The translations under genes were made by a program, and so were the position numbers. From contig JAYKHR010000165.1 in the NCBI GenBank assembly GCA_035285125.1, forward strand, positions 1 through 64,000: a stretch of DNA of 64,000 nucleotides. Direction: 5' to 3'. Under the pieces are notes generated by a model. The model was not told the DNA's origin. It saw only the letters and a program-made list of their open reading frames with translations, and ran no database searches. Within the stretch, counting starts at the first letter, position 1. Every line of letters starts with the position of its first letter. This DNA comes from Candidatus Sericytochromatia bacterium (GTDB taxonomy: Bacteria; Cyanobacteriota; Sericytochromatia; S15B-MN24; JAQBPE01). Below are positions 58,035 to 64,000 of the stretch, piece after piece.

Positions 58035-60584
58035 TCAGCCTGACGTGGCCCGCAGCACCAACAAGGTCATGTCGTCGGATGGAGGTCTGTCCCCGACAAA
58101 GGCCTGCACCTCGCGCTTGATGGCGGCGACGAGGTCCTCCGCCCCGAGCGCCGCGTGGGCTGCCACCAGCTCGCACAACCGCTCCGACTCGAACATCTCC
58201 GCCGGCGCATCGGGTGCGTGCGCCTCGGTGATCCCGTCGGTGAAGAAGACCAGGGCGTCCCCCGGCCTCAGTGTGAGGCTCTGGACCGCATACTGCGTCG
58301 CCTCGCGGACCCCAAGCGGGAACCCACCCGCTGACGGCACCTCGCGCACCTCCCCCTCTGCGGCGCTGTAGTGGAGCGGCGGGAAGTGCCCCGCGCAGGC
58401 GAAGCTGACGTGGCCGGTCGCAGGCGTCAGCAGGGCGTAGGCGCACGTCGTGTACGATTTCGTCGTGCTGTGCCGGGAGACGGCCCACAGCAGCCTGTTC
58501 AACGCGTCGATGGTCGCCCCCACCTCGGGGTTCTGGCGCGTCTGGTTGTGCAGGCAGGACTTCAGCATCGCCGTCGCCAGGGCTGCCGCAATGCCCTTGC
58601 CCGCCACGTCGGCAATTGCCAGGGCCACGCGGCCGTCCGGCAGCGGTAACACGTCGTAGTAGTCCCCTGAGGCCTCATAACAGGGCACCGTGTCAGCCGC
58701 AAAGTCGTAGGCCTCCAGACGCGGCAGGTCGCGCGGCAGCATGGCCTCCTGCACCTCCCGCGCCCGGCGCAGGTCTTGCTCGACGCGGTCCTTGAAGAGC
58801 CTGGCCTGCACCAGGCTGGCGGTCTTCACCGCCGCCGCGAGGGGCAGGCGGGTCGCCGCGAGCAGCTCCCGATCGTCCGCGCCGTAGCCCTGATCCGACA
58901 ACCGGGGCCCCAGCACCACGAGGCCCACCACCTCCTCCCCCACCTGCAGCGGCACCCGGTGGTGCGGGCCGAGCCTGGCAAGGCTCGAGAGCCGCCCGGT
59001 GCCACCGGTTCGAGGCACATAATCGACCTCCGCCCAGCGGGCCTCGGCGAGCAGCAAGGGGTCCTCGGGGTGGACCTCCAGCGTCGGCAGCGGCACCGCC
59101 CCCCAGACCGAGGCCCCCCCGCGCGCCACCAGGCCCCCCGTCTCCGGGTCCCGCGTCAGCACGTAGCCGAAGCTCGGGCGCAGGGCGTCCCCGATCACCG
59201 CGAGGAAGTGGGTCTTCAGCTCATCGAGGTCCAGCGTCGACTGCGCCAAACCCGTGACCTGACCGACGACGGCCTTGAAGTCATAGGGCGTGCGGAACCA
59301 GTGCCGATCGACGAGGCGCCCCACCGCGTCACGCAGCGGCACGAAGGCCACGGCGATGACGGCTGTGACGACCGCGTTCTGCCAGTCGCTCGTCGGCCCG
59401 AGGCCCGCGAGAGCCGCCACCCAGCGCAATGCCCCAGCCAGCGCGAAGTAGGCGCCCAGCAAGCTGAAGGTCACGACGGCGTACGTCGTCGTGCGCTTGA
59501 GGATGACATGGATGTCGAACATCCCGTGGCGCACCACGGCGTAGGTCACGGCCGCCGGGAAGCACCCGAACAACAGGGTCGTCAGGGCCGTGACGGTAGG
59601 TGGCGCCGGAGGTTGGCCCACCAGCGGCGGCAGGTTGACGAGCATCGCGGCGGGCAAGAAGGCAGCCCCGATGCCCCAAAGGAGCACCGCCAGCTGGCTG
59701 CGCTCCGGACCGGCCGTGGTCCGCCGCCAGCGCCAGGCCAGCAACGCCAGGCCAAACAGCAGCACGCCGTTCGCCCAGACGGTGCCGAGGGTCTCCCCGA
59801 GCGCCACCGCCTCCGGCGTGACCCCCCAAGCCCGGAAGGCACCCGCGATGGGGAGGAACAGCAGCAGCCCCACCGTATAGGGGGTCCAGGCCCCCTGGGG
59901 GTGTCGCTGGAGCCAGGCGATCGGGGTGGGGAACGCCAGGACCATGGCCAGTGCGGCGCTGGCATAGGCCATCACAGCCGCGTAATACCAGCCTGGGTGG
60001 ATCCGGTAGGTGAGCTCGAAGTCGATGTCGAGCAGGGCATACAGTGCCCACCCCAAGCAGAACACCGCGTTCGCCCGGGCCGCGGGGTTCTCAGGCCTCA
60101 GCCAGGCGGCCGCCAGGCCGATTAGCGCCATGACCAGCGGCAGCACGAAGCGCACCGCGAAGGACCGCAGCCAGGCCTCCCAGGTGAGCCGGGTGGCGGG
60201 AACCTCCACCACCTGGCTGCGCCCGTCTCGTCGCACCTCATAGGCCACGGGAGTGCCAGCCGCCCGCCCCGCGACGAGCGCGCGCAACGCAGGCCCGGAG
60301 CTCACGGCCACGCCGTCCGCGGAGGCCACGTGGTCGCCGGGCCGCAGGCCCGCCCGCACCCCCGGCGTGTGTGGCTCGTTCGTGAGCCATACCGTCCCCA
60401 CCGGGTTGACGCGGAAGCCGGGGTAGACCGTGCCGACCTGACCCACGGCCGAGACGAGGATCCAGGCCCAGGCGGTGGCGAAGGCCAGCAGGGCCAGCAA
60501 GACGGCCCGCCGAGCGCCGGCTGCGCCACGGGCAGGGCCGGTGGGCGAGGCGGGCTGGTGGTCACGGGCGTCCCAAGCTGCCAT
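58035..60584 (-). CDS. PDZ / multi-TM sensor with GAF-like linker and PP2C (SpoIIE/RsbU) phosphatase
   Basis: TM1, PDZ (AGLRPGDHV..DG), about 8-9 further TM helices, MFDI and PYDF motifs; PP2C motifs SGDYYD, ADVAGKG, CAGH, FTDGITE, DDMT. ATG 60584 overlaps the upstream TGA. Confidence 0.9.
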   Translation of the reverse strand: MAAWDARDHQPASPTGPARGAAGARRAVLLALLAFATAWAWILVSAVGQVGTVYPGFRVNPVGTVWLTNEPHTPGVRAGLRPGDHVASADGVAVSSGPALRALVAGRAAGTPVAYEVRRDGRSQVVEVPATRLTWEAWLRSFAVRFVLPLVMALIGLAAAWLRPENPAARANAVFCLGWALYALLDIDFELTYRIHPGWYYAAVMAYASAALAMVLAFPTPIAWLQRHPQGAWTPYTVGLLLFLPIAGAFRAWGVTPEAVALGETLGTVWANGVLLFGLALLAWRWRRTTAGPERSQLAVLLWGIGAAFLPAAMLVNLPPLVGQPPAPPTVTALTTLLFGCFPAAVTYAVVRHGMFDIHVILKRTTTYAVVTFSLLGAYFALAGALRWVAALAGLGPTSDWQNAVVTAVIAVAFVPLRDAVGRLVDRHWFRTPYDFKAVVGQVTGLAQSTLDLDELKTHFLAVIGDALRPSFGYVLTRDPETGGLVARGGASVWGAVPLPTLEVHPEDPLLLAEARWAEVDYVPRTGGTGRLSSLARLGPHHRVPLQVGEEVVGLVVLGPRLSDQGYGADDRELLAATRLPLAAAVKTASLVQARLFKDRVEQDLRRAREVQEAMLPRDLPRLEAYDFAADTVPCYEASGDYYDVLPLPDGRVALAIADVAGKGIAAALATAMLKSCLHNQTRQNPEVGATIDALNRLLWAVSRHSTTKSYTTCAYALLTPATGHVSFACAGHFPPLHYSAAEGEVREVPSAGGFPLGVREATQYAVQSLTLRPGDALVFFTDGITEAHAPDAPAEMFESERLCELVAAHAALGAEDLVAAIKREVQAFVGDRPPSDDMTLLVLRATSG

Positions 60585-61534
60585 CAGATCGGCACCGGCT
60601 CGGGCGCCACGCGAGCGGTCGCGATCACGGGGCCCAGAACCTCGAGCAGGCCCTCGCCGCCGAGGCCCAGCACCGTGGCCTCGGCCTCGAGGCGCAGCGC
60701 CTCCAGCCGCCACGAGACGTACGCCAGCGCCCCGACCGCCCCCACGCGCCCCCTGAGGGCCTCTTGTCGCGCCACATCCAGCGGCAGCCCGGCGTGCCAG
60801 AGCTCAGCCAGGGCTGGGTCGGCGTCCCGTGCCACCAGCAGCGGCAGCGTCAGCTTTGCTGCAGCCAGGTCCGCGTGGGGGCCCCGCCCCATATACGCCT
60901 CCATGTCGCTCGCCAGCTGAAACAGCTGACCGAGCCGGGCCCCGAGCCGCCACCATTCCGGCACGTCTTGCCTGCCGGCCCAGATGGGCCCGAGGCACAT
61001 GAGCCCCGCCAAGGCCCCCCCGGCCTTGCGGGCGCCCAAGCCCAGCACCTCGTCTTCACCCACGTCGGCATCGGGGTGCAGCCGCACGTCGTCGTGCTGC
61101 CCGCAGGTCAGCACCATCCCGGCCCGGCCGAAGCAGTGGGCCCACCCGGCCCGCACCTCCGCGGGGGCAGAGATGCCGGCCAGGTGGGTGGCGTGCGCCG
61201 ACAAGAGGTACAGCCCCACCGTGACAGCTTCCTCCCAGCCGCCCCCGGGCCACCCGACCAGCGCCGCCAGCTCGGCGTCCTGCGCATCGTCGACGATGTC
61301 CGCCGCGCAGTGGTACAGGATGGCCGAGGCCGCCAAGGCGTCGGCTGTGTCCGGAGCCGCCCCGAGGCACAGGGCCGTCCGCCTGGGCAGCTCGGGCACA
61401 CACCAGGCGGGGGCACGCGCGTACAGGGAAAGCTTGCGCGCCAACACGGCCGCGGCCTGCGCGGCCAGCTGCGGCGGAGCCTCTTCCAAGCAGGCCGCCG
61501 CCCACACCTGGGCCTGGATGGCCGGGATGCCCAC
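60584..61534 (-). CDS. Class I isoprenoid-synthase-fold prenyltransferase, ComQ-like
   Basis: DIVDDAQD, GQHDD, RKAG, FQLASD, DLAAAKLTLP; GTG 61534 after GGGAGG. Confidence 0.8.
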   Translation of the reverse strand: MGIPAIQAQVWAAACLEEAPPQLAAQAAAVLARKLSLYARAPAWCVPELPRRTALCLGAAPDTADALAASAILYHCAADIVDDAQDAELAALVGWPGGGWEEAVTVGLYLLSAHATHLAGISAPAEVRAGWAHCFGRAGMVLTCGQHDDVRLHPDADVGEDEVLGLGARKAGGALAGLMCLGPIWAGRQDVPEWWRLGARLGQLFQLASDMEAYMGRGPHADLAAAKLTLPLLVARDADPALAELWHAGLPLDVARQEALRGRVGAVGALAYVSWRLEALRLEAEATVLGLGGEGLLEVLGPVIATARVAPEPVPI

Positions 61535-61541
61535 GCGCGCG

Positions 61542-63545
61542 TCAGCCTCCCGGCGGCACCTTGATGCCGTTGACTTCGGCCAGGCCGAGGCCGCAGAACA
61601 CCTCGGCCATCCGCCTGGGGTCGCTACGCAGCGTGCCGATGGTGGCGGCGACCACCCCCTCGTCGAGCTGCGCGAGGTTCGCCTCGAACATCTTGTGAAG
61701 GTCGCCCCCGCCAAGCAGCGGCACCTTGTCGTAGGCGATGAGGTCATCGAGGGCCTCGGCGAAGGCCGCCACGCTCCGATGCATCGCCGGGTCTTCCACG
61801 GCCCTGCGCAACACCGTGGGCAAGCTGCGCATCATCGGGGCCAGGGCTGCCCCGGGGTCTTGCTGCAGCGCCTTGCGGAAGAAGGCGTCGTCGAGCAGCC
61901 GGCGGCCAAAGCGCCTGACGGCCTCGACCTCGATCGCCCGGTACCCCGTCGCCGCCGCGGACGCGTAGCTCAAGCCACCCCGCTGCATCTGCGCCACGGT
62001 GTCGGCGCGGCGAGCCTCGTCCCCGAGCTGGGCCTGCTCAGCCGGTGAGAGCCGCTCCCAGACGCCAGCCAGGGCCTTCGCAGGCTCCTTCACGAACTGC
62101 TGAGCAAAGCCCTGGTCGCCGGCCGCAACCTTCTGCTGAAGGGTCAGGAAGGCCTGGCGGAGGGGCGGCACCAGCCGGCCGCTCTTGCGGGCGCTCTGGA
62201 GTTCCTTGCCCGCCTGGGCACCCAGCACCTGGGCGTCGGCCTGGATGCCGTTGGTGCGCGCGATGCGCTCGAAGCTCTCCTGGGAGAGGCCGCTCGCAGC
62301 CATTGCCGTCGCGACGGCCTTGGGGTCGTGGCCCCCCGCAGCCAGGAGGCCCGGCACCTCTCCCGGGGGATACCGCCGGGACTGCGAGTTGAGGTAGAGG
62401 AATTTGTCTGGCGCCTTGCGCAGCAGCAACTCCGGCTCGGTGTAAAAGGCCCGGAAGCTCTCTGCGAAGTCCTCCAGAGGGTTCACCATGCTGTACCCGA
62501 GGGTCTTGACGCCGAAAATCTCCTCGATGGCCTGGCTCAAGTTCTGCTTGACCCGAAGGGTCTGCTCGAACTCCTTACGCAGCGCGGGGTCCCTGATTTC
62601 TCCCAGCACCTTGGCGACGGCGGCGGGCGTGAGGTCTTCCGTGAAGCTCTCGTAGACGAAGTTGTCCGTGCGCGCGGGGCGCACCCCGGGGTCCAGGGCC
62701 CGCACCTGCCCCTGGTCGTCGAGGCCGAACGCCTCCGTGCCTCGCGCATCCTGCCAGCCCGAGAGCTTGGCCCACTCGCGCATGCCGGCAAGGTCCGTGG
62801 CCGGGCCGAACTGCACCTGATGGCCAACCTCGTGGACCAGCACCTCCTTCATGCGGGTGGCCTGGGCATCGCCGATCTCGATGACGCGGCTCCGGTACTC
62901 CGCCAGCGCGTGGGGGAACCAGGCCCTGAGCATGAGCCCCAGCGGCGCCAGCAGGGCGACGCGCTCGAAGAGCTCGGCCATCTGGTAGCCCACCTTGCCC
63001 AGCACGCCACGGCCACGTTCAACCGCCACGACGGCCGCACCGTCAGTCTCCCGGGTCTGGTGGCCGGCATCGAAGGTCGAGTGGGGCACGCGGCGGAACG
63101 TCACGCCTTCCAGGCGAGACCTGTCGGCCGGCGTGAGGGCGTGGAGCACCTCGAAGGCGATGGCGGCATCGGCCACCCGGAAGAGTTGCGGAGGGTCGAA
63201 CGTGGCCCCCTGGCCAGGCACAAGGCTGGCGGCACGCCCCAGCAGCCGCCCGGACAGGGCAAGCTTGGCGGCCTCCGGGTTCGCGGGCAGGTCGGCGACG
63301 ATTTCCCGCAAGACCTCGGGGGGCAGGGCCCGAAGCGCCTCCTGGTCCCTGGCGGCAAGCTTGGCGATGACGGGGGGAAGCTCTGGCAGAGGCGCCCTGC
63401 GGCCGGCACTCAAGGTCACATGGTCGGTGGCCCCAGCCTCCAACGCAGCCGAGAGGGCGTCCGGGCGGATGGGGCCTGTGGCCCGCTGACGGGCCAACTG
63501 GCCGGTGCCAGGCGCCGGGTTGGGCAGCTGTGGGAACTGAGTCAT
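61542..63545 (-). CDS. Zinc metallopeptidase (HExxH...EDFAESF) with helical C-terminal modules
   Basis: LVHEVGH, W..LSGW, YSMVNPLEDFAESF, APDKF; ATG 63545 after GGGAGG; no Sec signal. Confidence 0.78.
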   Translation of the reverse strand: MTQFPQLPNPAPGTGQLARQRATGPIRPDALSAALEAGATDHVTLSAGRRAPLPELPPVIAKLAARDQEALRALPPEVLREIVADLPANPEAAKLALSGRLLGRAASLVPGQGATFDPPQLFRVADAAIAFEVLHALTPADRSRLEGVTFRRVPHSTFDAGHQTRETDGAAVVAVERGRGVLGKVGYQMAELFERVALLAPLGLMLRAWFPHALAEYRSRVIEIGDAQATRMKEVLVHEVGHQVQFGPATDLAGMREWAKLSGWQDARGTEAFGLDDQGQVRALDPGVRPARTDNFVYESFTEDLTPAAVAKVLGEIRDPALRKEFEQTLRVKQNLSQAIEEIFGVKTLGYSMVNPLEDFAESFRAFYTEPELLLRKAPDKFLYLNSQSRRYPPGEVPGLLAAGGHDPKAVATAMAASGLSQESFERIARTNGIQADAQVLGAQAGKELQSARKSGRLVPPLRQAFLTLQQKVAAGDQGFAQQFVKEPAKALAGVWERLSPAEQAQLGDEARRADTVAQMQRGGLSYASAAATGYRAIEVEAVRRFGRRLLDDAFFRKALQQDPGAALAPMMRSLPTVLRRAVEDPAMHRSVAAFAEALDDLIAYDKVPLLGGGDLHKMFEANLAQLDEGVVAATIGTLRSDPRRMAEVFCGLGLAEVNGIKVPPGG

Positions 63546-63685
63546 GGACACCTCCCGGCCACGGAACGTGGCCTCGGGCGGCAGGCCGCCGCCACCCCGG
63601 CTATCGTCCCTGTGGCCCCAGCCGCTTGCTGCGCTCAACACGTCTTTCAGAGCGCAGAACAAGCTTGAACCCAGGGCTGGCTGTG

Positions 63686-64000
63686 TTATACCCGGCCCCG
63701 AGGCTGGACCAGGCGACGCGTGACCAGCAGGTCCCAGAGGCGCTCCCCGATGGCGGCCTTGGGCATCACCGGCCAGTCCGCCACCACCCCCTCGGGGCCC
63801 ACCACGACCACCCTGTTCGACTCACTGTCGAACCCCACGCCCGCCTCGCTCACGTCGTTGCCGACCACGAGGTCCGCTCTCTTCCGGGCCAGCTTCTCGC
63901 ACGCGGCCGGCACGGGATCTCCCGTCTCCGCCGCAAACCCGATGAGGACCTGGTGACGCTTCCGCGCCCCGAGCCCGGCCAGGATGTCCGGGTTCGGCAC
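63686..64000 (-). CDS. coaBC: Phosphopantothenoylcysteine synthetase/decarboxylase, C-terminal part
   Basis: NPDIL, IGFAAET, KLARKRADLVVGNDVS..GFDS..N. Confidence 0.9.
   Translation of the reverse strand: MPNPDILAGLGARKRHQVLIGFAAETGDPVPAACEKLARKRADLVVGNDVSEAGVGFDSESNRVVVVGPEGVVADWPVMPKAAIGERLWDLLVTRRLVQPRGRV

Noticed and set aside
56..63668. Many long antisense or alternate-frame ORFs (e.g. 29195-34126, 12597-15002, 51787-54486, 38194-39513)
   Set aside because: Shadow ORFs typical of high-GC DNA, lying opposite well-supported genes and lacking recognisable motifs.
1..64000. CRISPR arrays, IS elements, prophage, rRNA
   Set aside because: No repeat-spacer arrays, transposases, phage genes or rRNA-like sequence seen.

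Overview
High-GC bacterial chromosomal segment of mostly housekeeping and cell-envelope genes. I saw no prophage, IS element or CRISPR array. It contains preA (partial)/preT, tRNA-Gln(UUG), mntP, glmU-prs-pth, ahpC-ahpF-katG, hemL, rseP, miaA-dapF, a Glu/Leu/Phe/Val dehydrogenase, recQ, ahcY, lptCAB with one lptF/G-type gene, gatC, comF, rpsA, a small EPS locus and the 3' end of coaBC, plus many lipoproteins. The Lpt genes with a single permease, an SLH/beta-barrel protein and a four-domain S1 suggest a diderm Terrabacteria lineage, possibly a non-photosynthetic relative of Cyanobacteria (inference only). The best candidate for a new system is the operon at 58035-63545. It encodes a HExxH metallopeptidase with leader-peptide-like modules, a ComQ-like prenyltransferase lacking IPP-binding motifs, and a ComP-like PDZ/multi-TM receptor whose output is a PP2C phosphatase rather than a kinase. 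This resembles a rewired prenyl-peptide quorum-sensing module. Other notable items: a serine recombinase with an intact reading frame but lost catalytic residues, a Tat-signal HDAC-family enzyme, recurring 11-bp-phased TTAA arrays, a perfect Fur-family palindrome at the ahpC promoter, a perfect CRP box with a small ORF between convergent genes, and an unexplained structured intergenic region. All family assignments come from motif recognition by eye, not database searches.
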